This document shows, one piece after another, positions 29,343 to 38,994 of a stretch of 64,000 nt of DNA. Position 1 is the stretch's first letter; each line of letters opens with the position of its first letter. The position numbers were made by a program, and so were the translations under genes. The notes below the pieces were generated by a model. The model was not told the DNA's origin, searched no databases, and saw only the letters and a program-made list of their open reading frames with translations. Source of the stretch: Candidatus Krumholzibacteriia bacterium. Its GTDB lineage: Bacteria; Krumholzibacteriota; Krumholzibacteriia; JAJRXK01. The DNA is taken from assembly GCA_041484665.1 (NCBI GenBank), contig JBGPIA010000001.1, positions 480,001 through 544,000 on the forward strand, given 5' to 3'.

Positions 29343-29943
29343 TGGTCGAGGGACGCCAGGGGACGCGCGCGAGGCCGAACACCTCGCGCAGCCGCTGCTG
29401 CGCGTCCTGCTGCGCCTTGGGCCCGGCGACGGGGTCCACCTCGAGCTCCAGCTCCCGACCCACCGTTCCGTCCGGATAGTGCGTCTCGTCGAGCTCCGCC
29501 CACAGCGGCGCTCCCGGACCGGGAAGCCGCGCGGTCACGCGCACGTTCGTCAGCGCGCCCAGCGGCTGCAGGGACGCCGGATCCAGCTGCGGCGGCAACG
29601 GGGTTGCCCCGGCGGATTCCAGCAGCTGCGCAACTGCGGACCCCAGCGACGCACCGCCAGTGCCGAGCCGCTCCCACTCGCCCGCGGCGAGGGGGCGCTC
29701 CCACTCCCCACGCGTGACGAAGGCGGTGCCGGACGTCTGGGGCGCCGGCCCCTTGATCGTGAGCAGCCCATCGTTGCGTGTGCGTCGCAGACGCACGGCC
29801 CAACCCTCGGCCGCGAAGCGGTGCTGCGGGTCCTCGAAGTACAGGTTCTCCTGGCGGGTGGGCGGTCCTACGTCCTGCAGCACGGCGGCGAGCGCGCGCG
29901 CCTCGGTCTCGTTCTCCAGGATCAGCTTGATCTCGACTTCCAC
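29239..29943 (-). CDS. CYTH-domain (triphosphate tunnel) protein
   Basis: EVEIKL (ExExK), QENLYFE, AVRLRR, LTIKG, ELDETHY, ELELE, TKLARL. Confidence 0.9.
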   Translation of the reverse strand: MEVEIKLILENETEARALAAVLQDVGPPTRQENLYFEDPQHRFAAEGWAVRLRRTRNDGLLTIKGPAPQTSGTAFVTRGEWERPLAAGEWERLGTGGASLGSAVAQLLESAGATPLPPQLDPASLQPLGALTNVRVTARLPGPGAPLWAELDETHYPDGTVGRELELEVDPVAGPKAQQDAQQRLREVFGLARVPWRPSTITKLARLQAALERLGGPAPRLSPRGPSPPGSPRR

Positions 29944-30042
29944 AGCGTGAAGGGGATGGACCGCACCCCGAGCGTGAAAGGCCATGAGCGAGAGATCGGA
30001 TGCCGACAGGGATGACCGGCGGCGGAAACAAGAACGGGCTGA

Positions 30043-30206
30043 GAGGGAGCGCGGCCGATCACCAGCGGTTGGTTGAGGTCGGTCAGGTTGGTCCCATCAC
30101 CCGACCGACGACCGTTGGGTCGCGAACTCGCTGCGGAATCCCCGCCACGCCCAGCGGAAGATCCCATGAGGGGTGCTAGCGGCGCCCGTGTGCTAGTCAC
30201 TCCCCC
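30043..30206 (-). ncRNA. Candidate structured non-coding RNA, family unassigned
   Basis: Minus-strand ends GGGGGAGTG and CGCTCCCTC can pair; internal hairpins; no credible ORF in the interval. Confidence 0.3.
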
Positions 30207-30422
30207 GTAAGAATGCGAGCTCAGCGTATCGTGCCCGCGCTCCCTCCCAGCCCGTGCCCGCCTGTGGCAACAAGCAAGGAGAAGGCCTTGCTACCGTCAA
30301 GGCGTCGCATACATAACGTCACGGCCACCTGTCGCGCAAGCACCAATTCTGTGACTTAGGCGGCGGCGGCGCGAGCCTTTGCAACTCGTTGACATCTAAG
30401 GGACACCCACGCGGTCCAGGCA

Positions 30423-30477
30423 TTGACTTGTTCCGCCCGCAGCGCGCACACTGGGTGTACTCGCCCACTGCATGCAG
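30423..30477 (+). promoter_or_regulatory. Putative sigma70 promoter and palindromic operator of the MarR gene
   Basis: TTGACT (30423-30428), 18 bp, CACACT (30447-30452); perfect palindrome CTGCATGCAG at 30468-30477. Confidence 0.35.
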
Positions 30478-30514
30478 CGCCCTGCATCCAAAAGCACCCG
30501 CCCTGCCCGGACCC

Positions 30515-31042
30515 GTGCGCGCCGACCTTTCGCGCCAACCCGGCTACTGGCTGGACCGCGCACATCGGCGCTCCGTGAAGCGACTGTCCCGGTGTCTCCA
30601 CGATGCTGGGCTTCCGCAGCTCTCGCCCGGGTTTATCGGCGCGTTGCTGGCGCTGGCTGAGGCGCAAACTTGCGGCTCGCGTGGACTGAGCATGACGGAG
30701 TTGGCGCAGCGTCTGGGGCTGGAACGTGGCAGCGTGACCGGGTTGGTGGACCGGATGTCCCGCGACGCGCTGGTGGAGCGCGGGCCAGATCCGCAGAACC
30801 GCCGCTTCCAGCGCGTGCGCCTCACCGCACACGCGTCGCGCCTGTTGCAGCACGTCAGGGAGGCGGTGCGCTCCCACGGAGCCCGTACGCTGCAAGGCAT
30901 GCGTGACGGCGAGCAGCGGACGTTGCTGACGAGCCTGCGGCGGCTGGTGACGCGGTTCGAAGGCGAGATCGCCCGGCCAGGCGCACCGCGCGCCCAGGCC
31001 ACGGTCAGCGGCGCAGGATCGGCCCGAGCAAGAACGCGTTGA
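30515..31042 (+). CDS. MarR family transcriptional regulator (start uncertain)
   Basis: LSMTELAQRLGLERGSVTGLVDRMSRDALVERGPDPQNRRFQRVRLT winged-helix signature. Confidence 0.9.
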   Translation: MRADLSRQPGYWLDRAHRRSVKRLSRCLHDAGLPQLSPGFIGALLALAEAQTCGSRGLSMTELAQRLGLERGSVTGLVDRMSRDALVERGPDPQNRRFQRVRLTAHASRLLQHVREAVRSHGARTLQGMRDGEQRTLLTSLRRLVTRFEGEIARPGAPRAQATVSGAGSARARTR

Positions 31043-32041
31043 GCAACAACCGGCTCGGTCCTTCCCACGCGCCGCGGAACGCCAGGTCCTCTGCGAACAG
31101 GATCACGTGGCCCTTACCGCGTGGCTCGTCGACCACGTAGGCCATCCCGCGCAATGCCTCCTCCATCGCCGGCCAGATGAAGCCGGCCGCGCGCAGCCCC
31201 TCGCGCGCGTAGAGTCCGACGTTCCAGCCCGCCACCGACGGCCGCAGGATGCGGTCGCTCAGCATGGACGCGTAGAGCACCGTGTCGGACTGCCCGAACG
31301 TGAGGAAATGGGTCGGGTCGAAGTGGACGCGGACGATTGCGCCCGGTACGCGGCCGGGCCGGTCGCGCAGCGGGATGGGGGGATCCTTCCCACGCTCGGA
31401 TAAGCCGCCTGCCGCGGGCGTCGCCGGCCGCAGCGCCGGCGCGCCGAGCGCTGCGCCAACCGCAGCGGAGGTGGCGCGCGGCGCGCGCTCCGCGCGCGGC
31501 ACGGGCTTGGCTGCGACGTGTGCTGACGTCCGGGTGGGCGGCTCCGTGGACGGCTGCGCAGGAAGGCCGCCCCTTTCGCCCGCGTCTCGGCGTGCGTCAA
31601 CTACATCCAGCTGTTCCCGGTTCAGATCGAACCGGTAGTGGTTGCGCCGCCCACCGGGCCACAGCTGCGTATGCTCCAGGGCCTCGGGCGTGTCATCCGC
31701 GCCCGGCTCCTGGCGTCCGAAGGCGCGCACATGGGCCAGGAAACGGCGCCGCCCGTCGGGATTCTGGCAGGGGTCGATCAGCTCGATGGTGTGCTGCAGC
31801 ACCTGCAGCGTCGCGGGGTCGGTGCCGGCAGCGAGCTGGTAGGTCAGCGCGAGGCCTGCGTCGGAGCCGCTGGCCTCGTCGCCGTGCACGCTGCACGCGA
31901 TCGAGGTGGCCGGCAGGCAGCGCTGGCGCGCCTGTTGCCGCAGCGCCTCGTCCCCGCGGCGCGCGCGTACGCAAGAACGCAGGTGACCGGACAGGGGAAC
32001 GCGCCCATGAGTACGACGCGGTCCAGTGCGCCACGTTTCAT
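31005..32041 (-). pseudogene. Internally deleted, frameshifted M14 zinc carboxypeptidase remnant
   Basis: Signal-peptide start at 32041 (ATGA overlap) is out of frame with the SVHGDEASG...NPDG...NHYRFDLNR block. That block runs through a low-complexity stretch into the family C-terminal domain (PGAIVRV..D.THFLTFG...GKGHVILFAED..FR). The middle of the protein is missing. Confidence 0.75.
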
Positions 32042-34644
32042 CGCGCGGCCTCCTGCTCGACGTGCGCGGGCGCCAGCACCAGCCGGCGGCTGCCGGCGGT
32101 TGCATCCGCCAGCAGGGGGCGGTACTCCCCGCGCGCCCACAGCGTGAATTGGTCCCCGAACCAGCGGCTCAGCGGATGCTCCGACTGTCCGGTGCTGAGG
32201 ATGAAGCGGCTGCGGCGCACGTCCCCCAGATCGACGATCACGCGCATCACGGGGATCGTATCCACCTCCAGGTCGCCCTCGTCCTGGGCAGCGTTCGCGC
32301 ACGGGGCGTCCCGGTCGCCCGGCACGGCGAGTGGCCCCAGCTGCAGCCAGCGCCCCAGCCCCGGAATCCGCGCTAGGGGGTGCGCGATGGTAACCGTGTG
32401 CACGCGGTCCCAGCGCCAGCGCTCCGCGCGCTCGCCGTAGCGCGCCCGCACGGCGCGCAACGCCCACTCCATCGCGCGCGCGAGGATATCGGCCAACGAC
32501 TCCACCTGTGGCGTGCGCCGGTCGTCGATCCAGGCCCTCGCGTCGAGGCTGTCGTCGGGCGCGGCCAGGGGATGCTCCCCGAGGAGCCCCAGCACGCGCA
32601 GCACGGCCCGCTCCAACGGGAGCGGATCGGCATCGAGGGCCCAACGCTCTGGCGGCCGCGCGGGCAGGGCATCGGGCCAGTCATCGCCGAAGATCTCCTC
32701 TTGCAGCCGATCGATCAGGGCGCGGTAGAGGGTGGGCCGCGCGTCGCCCGCCATCGCGCCGTCCCAGCGCGCAAGCTGCTCCCACCACGAGCGGACCTCG
32801 GGCGAGGCCGTTGCCGGCGCCGCCGTGCGCGCGAGCAGCTGGGCGAGCCGGCGCGCCGGCACGACGACCGGATCCAGCTGCACGGCAGCCATGCTCGGGA
32901 CCTCCAACGGGCGCTGGGCGCGCAAGCGCTCTTCGATGCGCTCCGCGCGCCAAGGCAGCGGCCAGAAGGGCGCGATCCGGCGGCCGTCCTCCCCAAAGGC
33001 GACGCGGTGGTTCGCCGACACGACCGCTCCATCGGGAGACGGCAGTAAAAGCGGCCGCTCGGAGAACGGGGCCAACTCGGGCACCCCCCCCGGTCGGACG
33101 GCTCCGGCTACGGGCCAGGCGCCGCCTTCAGAGCGGGCGCGGCGCGGCCAGCGTCCCGCTGGCACGTAGCCCACGCGCCCGTCTGTGCCGAGCGTGTCGG
33201 CCAGGACGAAGCTCTGCCCAGGTCCGGCATAGCCGGAGAGCGCCGCGCGGGCCTGCTCCAGGGAGGTGGCTTCCTGCAGCCGCAGCATCGCCGCCAGCGT
33301 TCCGCCCCCGGCCTCCCGTACCCACCGCCGCGCGCAGGGCCTTTCGTAGCCGGGCAGTCGCAGCAGCGGCCCATTGGCGGTGCGGCGGACGCGCAGGGTG
33401 TCGGGGCGTTCGCGCCCACGCGCCGCGATGAGCTCCACGCGCTCCTGCACCGGCTCGAAGCCGTCGGGTCGCACGACGCGCGTCGAGTCGCCCGGGACGA
33501 ACTCCTCCTCCACATAGTCGATGGCATCGTCGTAGAGCGTGGTCAGGCCCCAGGCGAGCGCTCCGTTGGTGCCCACCACCATCAGCGGAGTACCGGGGAT
33601 GGCGAGGCCCGCGAGCGTGCGGTCCGGCAGTCGAAGCTCGAAGGCGTGGAACAGCACCGGCAGGGCGTGCGCCAGGTGCGTGTCGTTGCACAGCAGCGGG
33701 CGTCCGCTGCGGGTCCAGCGGCCGTCGACCGCCCAGGAGTTGCTGCCCACGGAGTGCTCGCGCGCCTCGCCTTCGAGGGCACCGATGCCGAGGGGACCCA
33801 CGCCGACCCGGGCCGTGCCGAGCCCGTCCACGCCGAGTCCGCCCGGGCCGACTCCGTGCACGCCGAGTCCTTCCGGGCCGACCCGGGCCGCGCCGACCCG
33901 CCCCACGCCCGGTCCAGCGGGCCGTGGGGCGGCGCGGGCCCCTGGCACCGCGCCGGCAGCGGATGAGGGTGCGGCGGGGTGCTCCTCGCGCACCACGATC
34001 GCGGGCGAGTCCTGCGGCTCGACATCCCGCATCCAGTCCGCGGCGCGGCGCCCCACCCGCGCGGCGGTGGCCACGCGCAGCCGCTCGTCGCCGTCGAGGC
34101 TGAGGCGATCGTCCATATAGATCACCAGCGCCGCCGAGTCGATCGGCCGCCAGGGCTGTGGCGCGCCCGCGCGCAGCAGCCGCAGCGCCCAGGGGGCGCC
34201 GCCCGCGCGCAGCTGCGCGTTGACGCCCTCGGCGTAGGCCGAGAGCAGAGACCGCTCATGGTCGTTGAGGGCCTCGATCTCGGACTGGCGGAAGCCGGCG
34301 AAGCCGAGCGTGCGCGAACGCCGGTCCAACGGCAGCAGCGCTGGGCCCAGCAGCTCCGCCAGGCGGCCCTCCACCAGGCGGCGCGCGAGGTCCATCTGGA
34401 AGAAGCGATCTTGGGCGTGGATGTAACCCATGGCGAAGGCTCCATCCTCCAGCGTCTCCGCCTGGATGCGCGGAACCCCGCCGGCATCGGTGACGATCGT
34501 CACGGGATGCTGCAGGCCGGCGACGGTGATGGTGCCCTGCTTGCGAGGGAGCGTCGAGCGCAGCCACAAGAGCGCTGCCGCCGCCGCGCCCGCGATGAGA
34601 AGCACGAGGACCAGCAGGGCGCGCAGCACCCGACGCCGGGTCAC
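32038..34644 (-). CDS. Penicillin acylase family (S45) Ntn-hydrolase
   Basis: N-terminal TM helix; DAGGVPRI, GYIHAQDRFFQMDL.RR..GRLAELLG, GSNSWAV...SGRPLLCNDTHL, GQSEHPLS.WF.DQ; GTGA overlap with the aminotransferase stop. Confidence 0.95.
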   Translation of the reverse strand: MTRRRVLRALLVLVLLIAGAAAAALLWLRSTLPRKQGTITVAGLQHPVTIVTDAGGVPRIQAETLEDGAFAMGYIHAQDRFFQMDLARRLVEGRLAELLGPALLPLDRRSRTLGFAGFRQSEIEALNDHERSLLSAYAEGVNAQLRAGGAPWALRLLRAGAPQPWRPIDSAALVIYMDDRLSLDGDERLRVATAARVGRRAADWMRDVEPQDSPAIVVREEHPAAPSSAAGAVPGARAAPRPAGPGVGRVGAARVGPEGLGVHGVGPGGLGVDGLGTARVGVGPLGIGALEGEAREHSVGSNSWAVDGRWTRSGRPLLCNDTHLAHALPVLFHAFELRLPDRTLAGLAIPGTPLMVVGTNGALAWGLTTLYDDAIDYVEEEFVPGDSTRVVRPDGFEPVQERVELIAARGRERPDTLRVRRTANGPLLRLPGYERPCARRWVREAGGGTLAAMLRLQEATSLEQARAALSGYAGPGQSFVLADTLGTDGRVGYVPAGRWPRRARSEGGAWPVAGAVRPGGVPELAPFSERPLLLPSPDGAVVSANHRVAFGEDGRRIAPFWPLPWRAERIEERLRAQRPLEVPSMAAVQLDPVVVPARRLAQLLARTAAPATASPEVRSWWEQLARWDGAMAGDARPTLYRALIDRLQEEIFGDDWPDALPARPPERWALDADPLPLERAVLRVLGLLGEHPLAAPDDSLDARAWIDDRRTPQVESLADILARAMEWALRAVRARYGERAERWRWDRVHTVTIAHPLARIPGLGRWLQLGPLAVPGDRDAPCANAAQDEGDLEVDTIPVMRVIVDLGDVRRSRFILSTGQSEHPLSRWFGDQFTLWARGEYRPLLADATAGSRRLVLAPAHVEQEAAR

Positions 34645-35774
34645 GCTCCTGCGGCCGCCCGCGCCAGCTCGGCCCACGAGAGCACGCTGGCGATGACCCG
34701 CTCCTGATCGTGCTGTGCCATGTAGGCGGAGAACGGCAGGGACACCACCGTCTGGCACAGCTCCTCCACGACTGGCGTCGGGGGGATGCGGCGCAGCACG
34801 CCCACGAGCGAGGGCTGCGTGTGGAGGGGACGGGGGTAGTGGATGGCTGTGGGCACGCCACTGGCTGTCAGGTGCTCCACCAGCCGGTCGCGCCGGCCCT
34901 TCGGCACGCGCACCGTGTACTGCGCGTACGTGCAGAAGCGTCCCGGGCGGATGCGCGGGGTGCTCACCGCACAGGCGAGCGCCGCGTCGTAGCGCTGCGC
35001 CGCCTCGCGGCGCAACTCGACCTCCTGCTCGAAGGACTCCAGCTTGACGAGCAGCGCCGCGGCCTGCAGGGCGTCGAGCCGGCTGTTGACCCCCAGGTGC
35101 AGATGGTAGTGGTGACCCGCCTGTCCGTGCTCGCGGTAGGAGCGCAGGCGTGCTGCCAGCTCGCCATCGCGCGTGAAGATCATGCCACCGTCGCCCAGCC
35201 CGCCCAGCGGCTTGCTGGGATAGAACGATGTGAATCCAGCCAGGCCGAAGGAGCAGCTCGGGCGGCCGTCCAGCTGGGCTCCGAAGGACTGGCAGGCATC
35301 CTCCAGCAACGCGACGCCGTAGTCGGAGGCGATGGCCTCGAGCGCGTGGAGGTCGGCGGGTTGGCCGAACAGGCTCACCGGGATGATCGCGCGCACGCGC
35401 GGTCCCATGGCGGCGCGCACGGCCTCCGGGCTCAGCGTGAAGGTCTCCGGATCGACGTCGACGCAGACCGGCGTGGCCCCGACCATGGTGACAGCCTCGG
35501 CGGTCGCCATGAAGGTGAAGTCGGGCAGCAGGACCTCGTCACCGGGCCCGATGCCCAGGGCCATCAGTAGGAGCTCTTCGGCGTCCGTCCCCGAGCCGCA
35601 TGCCACCGCGTGCTCGACCCCCACCAGGGCGGCCAGGCGGGACTGGAGCTCCTCCACCTTGGGACCGCCGATGAAGCGGCCGGACCGCACGACCTCGGCC
35701 AGGGCCGCCTCCAGCGCGGGCCCGTGCACGCGCATCTGCGCCTCGACGTCGACGAAGGGTACGGTTCGGCTCAA
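34641..35774 (-). CDS. DegT/DnrJ/EryC1/StrS sugar aminotransferase
   Basis: SGRFIGGP, SGTDA, FTFMATAEAV, EDACQSFGA, SFYPSKPLGGLGDGG, NSRLDALQAA, IHYP.PLH.Q; AGGAG RBS with TTG start. Confidence 0.95.
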   Translation of the reverse strand: MSRTVPFVDVEAQMRVHGPALEAALAEVVRSGRFIGGPKVEELQSRLAALVGVEHAVACGSGTDAEELLLMALGIGPGDEVLLPDFTFMATAEAVTMVGATPVCVDVDPETFTLSPEAVRAAMGPRVRAIIPVSLFGQPADLHALEAIASDYGVALLEDACQSFGAQLDGRPSCSFGLAGFTSFYPSKPLGGLGDGGMIFTRDGELAARLRSYREHGQAGHHYHLHLGVNSRLDALQAAALLVKLESFEQEVELRREAAQRYDAALACAVSTPRIRPGRFCTYAQYTVRVPKGRRDRLVEHLTASGVPTAIHYPRPLHTQPSLVGVLRRIPPTPVVEELCQTVVSLPFSAYMAQHDQERVIASVLSWAELARAAAGA

Positions 35775-35994
35775 CGCTGGCTCCTGGGGAATGCGCCCGG
35801 CCCGCTGGCAGGTCTCTAGGTGCGCGGGGCTGGCTGTGGTAGTGTTGAGGTGCGCCTTCCGGCCCCCTCGCCGGCAGACACGGCCGCCAGGGTAGCACGA
35901 CCGAATCCTTTGAGCCAGCCATGCCCTCCCGGGAGAGGGGGCAGTGTGCTGGAACGCTCCACCGTCTCCCACACAGCATCGGGGTTCGGCAGCG

Positions 35995-36456
35995 ATGGAT
36001 CCGCATCCGGCAGGATACTGGACGACGAATCTCTACCGGGAAAAAGAGCACGCACCAAGGCCCGACGCGCCCTATTACGACCTCCGGCCGGACGATGCGC
36101 GGCGTTTCCGGGTCCTACGCGAGGCGCTCCTCGCGCTGGACGGGCTGCAGGAGAAAGTGCTCTACCTGGGAGCGGCGTGGAAGTGGGTGTGGGAGTATTC
36201 GGCGGACGGCCAGCCGCTGGTCTACCTCCATCCAATGCGTGGCAGTGTGAGCGCGACCCTGACCATCGGCCCCGAGGAGGAGTCCCAGCTGACAGGCAAC
36301 GGGCACGTGAGCTCGTACGTGCTGGCGGCGATCCGCCGCGGCGTCGTGGCGGGCCCGATGCGCTGGTGCTGGCTGGACCTCCCCGCCGACGGCGAGATCG
36401 ACGAGGTCATCACCGCGCTGCACTATCGCCGCGGATTCGCTCGCCGGGCGCGATAG
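35995..36456 (+). CDS. DUF3788-like hypothetical protein
   Basis: YLGAAWKWVWEY...LVYLHP...G..E and RWCWLDL...DEV pattern recalled from DUF3788. Confidence 0.65.
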   Translation: MDPHPAGYWTTNLYREKEHAPRPDAPYYDLRPDDARRFRVLREALLALDGLQEKVLYLGAAWKWVWEYSADGQPLVYLHPMRGSVSATLTIGPEEESQLTGNGHVSSYVLAAIRRGVVAGPMRWCWLDLPADGEIDEVITALHYRRGFARRAR

Positions 36457-36477
36457 GTTCCGCGCTGCGCGCAGGCC

Positions 36478-37035
36478 TCACGCGCGATAACGCCCGGGCT
36501 CCCACAGGACGTCCCGACGCCCCTGTTCGTTGGCCGCGCGCGCCATCACGAACAGCAGATCGCTCAGGCGGTTCAGGTAGCGCAGGACGTCATCACTCAC
36601 GACCTGGCCGCCGGAGAGCGCCACCGCGCGCCGCTCGGCACGGCGGCAGACAGCGCGCGCCAGGTGCAGCCAGCAGGCGAGCAAACTGCCGCCGGGCAAC
36701 ACGAAGCTGGAGAGCGACTGCAGCGGCGCGTTGATCTCCTCGATTGCCGCGTCCAGCGCAGCCACCTGCGCGGCCACGATGCGCAGCCCGCCGTCGGCGC
36801 CGGGCGTGGCAAGGTCGGCGCCGACATCGAAGAGATCGTTCTGGACGCGTCGCAGCAGCGCTTGCAGCGCAGCTGGCGGTCCCGCCTGCACCACCATCCC
36901 CAGCACGCAATTGAGCTCGTCCACCGCGCCGCAGACCTCGATGCGCGGGTCGTCCTTGCGCACGCGCGTGCCGTCTGCCAGCCCCGTGGTCCCGTCGTCG
37001 CCGGTGCGCGTCGTGATGCGGTTGAGCTTGACCAT
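36478..37035 (-). CDS. pduO: ATP:cob(I)alamin adenosyltransferase, PduO type
   Basis: ITTRTGDDGTTGL, GAVDELN, QNDLFDVGADLATP, FVLPGG, RAVCRRAER, YLNRLSDLLF. Confidence 0.95.
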   Translation of the reverse strand: MVKLNRITTRTGDDGTTGLADGTRVRKDDPRIEVCGAVDELNCVLGMVVQAGPPAALQALLRRVQNDLFDVGADLATPGADGGLRIVAAQVAALDAAIEEINAPLQSLSSFVLPGGSLLACWLHLARAVCRRAERRAVALSGGQVVSDDVLRYLNRLSDLLFVMARAANEQGRRDVLWEPGRYRA

Positions 37036-37120
37036 GGGTCCAGGGTAGCGCGGGGGCGGCCCGGTGGCTACCGCGCTGGCTTGCACCGTTGATCGGGGTC
37101 GCGGCGGCGCCCGGCGCGGT

Positions 37121-38191
37121 TCACGGCGCGCGGCGCGCGCGCAGCAGCAGCCCCAGGAACAGCGGCGCTCCGACCATCGCGGTGAGGATTCCCACGGGCA
37201 ACTCTGCACCGCGGCCAGCGATGGTCAGCTCGCGGGCCACGGCATCCATCAACACGAGAAATGCGCCGCCGGCCAGGAACGCGCACGGCAGCAGCCAGCG
37301 GTGGTCGGGGCCGGTGAAGCGGCGCACCGCGTGCGGTGCGATCAAGCCGACGAATCCGATCGGCCCAGTCACTCCCACGACGGCCGCTGTGACCATCGAG
37401 CCTGCGAAGAGCGCGATCTGCTGCGTGCGCGCGACCTCCACGCCGCGCGCGGCGGCGAGCTCCTCGCCAAAGGCGAGCTGGTTGAGCGCGCGTGCCTGCA
37501 GCAACAGCAGCGCCGCTCCGGGCAAGAGCAGCGCGGGCACCGGCACGAGCTCCCCCCACCCGCTCACCTGCAGCCCGCCCATCATCCAATGGTCCATCGC
37601 CCGCAGCCGCTGCGGGTCGGTGAGGAAGCGCGTCAGCAGGATGCAGGCGCCGAAAAAGAAATTTAGGGTCACCCCTGCCAGCAGCAGCTCGTGGGTGTCC
37701 AGGTGGTCTGGACGGCGCGCCAGCGCGTACAGGGCGGCGACGTCCAACGCACTGAAGACCCAGGCGAACAGCGCCACCGATCCGACGGGTCCCAGCGAGA
37801 ACGAGAGCGCAGGCACGCTCAACGCCAGGAACGCCCCGAATGCGCCGGCGAATGAGACACCCAGTGTATAGGGAGTCGCGAGCGCGTTGCGCAGCAGGGT
37901 CTGGAAGGTCGCTCCGGCCAGCGCCAAGCCGCCGCCCGCGAGCATTCCCAGAACGATGCGCGGCAGCCGCAGGGCGAGGATGCGCTCGGAAGTGCTCGTC
38001 TCCCCGCGCAGCAGCGCCGCCGCGGCGGCCGGCACGTCGATCCGCTCGCTGCCACACCACGGCGCCGCGGCCAGCGCAAGCACCGCCAGCAGCAAGCAAC
38101 CGGCCAACGCCAGGGGTCCGGAGGTCTTGCGCTGCGAGCGGCCCGCCGTCGTCTGCGCCGCTGTACCGGTCGAGCGCGTCGCGGCGGTCAC
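37121..38191 (-). CDS. BtuC/FecCD-family ABC permease (probably cobalamin)
   Basis: LRLPRIV, QTLLRNALATPYTLGVS, GEELAAARGV, GPIGFVGLIAPH, ELPVGILTAMVGAPLF; GTGA overlap with the ATPase stop. Confidence 0.93.
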   Translation of the reverse strand: MTAATRSTGTAAQTTAGRSQRKTSGPLALAGCLLLAVLALAAAPWCGSERIDVPAAAAALLRGETSTSERILALRLPRIVLGMLAGGGLALAGATFQTLLRNALATPYTLGVSFAGAFGAFLALSVPALSFSLGPVGSVALFAWVFSALDVAALYALARRPDHLDTHELLLAGVTLNFFFGACILLTRFLTDPQRLRAMDHWMMGGLQVSGWGELVPVPALLLPGAALLLLQARALNQLAFGEELAAARGVEVARTQQIALFAGSMVTAAVVGVTGPIGFVGLIAPHAVRRFTGPDHRWLLPCAFLAGGAFLVLMDAVARELTIAGRGAELPVGILTAMVGAPLFLGLLLRARRAP

Positions 38192-38994
38192 GGATGGGCG
38201 CTCCTCGCTGCAGCCGCGGGTGACGGCAGGACGGCCATCCCGCCGCCCTGCGGATGCTCGCCCACCCAGATGCCCGCGCCGTAGACGCGAGCCACGCGCG
38301 CGGCGCTGAGCACCTCCGCGGCCGATCCCGTGCACTCGACGCGGCCACGGTCCAACATCACGAGCCGCTGCGCGTAGGCCGCCGCGAGGTTGAGATCGTG
38401 GGTCGCGCACAGCACCGCGCGCCCGGCAAGGGCCAGCTCGCGCAACAGGCGCATCACAGCGACCTGGTGGTGCAGGTCGAGGGAGATGGTGGGCTCGTCC
38501 AGCAGGAACAGCCGGCCGCCCTGCGCCAGCGCTGCCGCGATCAGCACCCGCTGGCGCTCGCCTCCGCTGAGTTCGTCGAAGGAGCGCGTGGCCAGCGCGT
38601 CGACCTCGGTGCGCTCCATGGCAAGGGCGATGGCGGCGCGGTCGGCGGCAGAGAACGGGCTGAACGGACCGCGCAGGTGGGGATGGCGGCCCAGGGCGAT
38701 CACGTCGCGCACGCTGTGCCGGTAGAGCACCGGAACGCTCTGGGGCAGGAAGGCGACTGCGCGAGCCCGCTGCAGCCGCGGAAGCGCCTGCAAGCTGCGC
38801 CCGTCCCAGGTGGCCTGACCCGCCGTGGGATCGAGCAGCCCCGCCGCGATCCGCAGCAGCGTGCTCTTCCCCGAGCCGTTGGGGCCCAGCACGGCCACAA
38901 GCTCGCCTTGCTCCACGCGCAGCTCGACCTGATCCAGCACCGGATCGCCCGCGCGGTAGGCGAAGGAGACCGCGGAGAGCGCCAGACCGCTCAC
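38188..38994 (-). CDS. BtuD/FecE-family ABC ATPase
   Basis: GPNGSGKST, LSGGERQR, LLDEPT, THDLNLA. Confidence 0.95.
   Translation of the reverse strand: MSGLALSAVSFAYRAGDPVLDQVELRVEQGELVAVLGPNGSGKSTLLRIAAGLLDPTAGQATWDGRSLQALPRLQRARAVAFLPQSVPVLYRHSVRDVIALGRHPHLRGPFSPFSAADRAAIALAMERTEVDALATRSFDELSGGERQRVLIAAALAQGGRLFLLDEPTISLDLHHQVAVMRLLRELALAGRAVLCATHDLNLAAAYAQRLVMLDRGRVECTGSAAEVLSAARVARVYGAGIWVGEHPQGGGMAVLPSPAAAARSAHP

Noticed and set aside
30140..30250. tRNA-Sec look-alike (GATCTTCCGC on the minus strand) and SRP-like GGTCAGG near 30081
   Set aside because: No UCA anticodon arm, T-loop or CCA end, and no GGAA-tetraloop/AGCAG SRP core.
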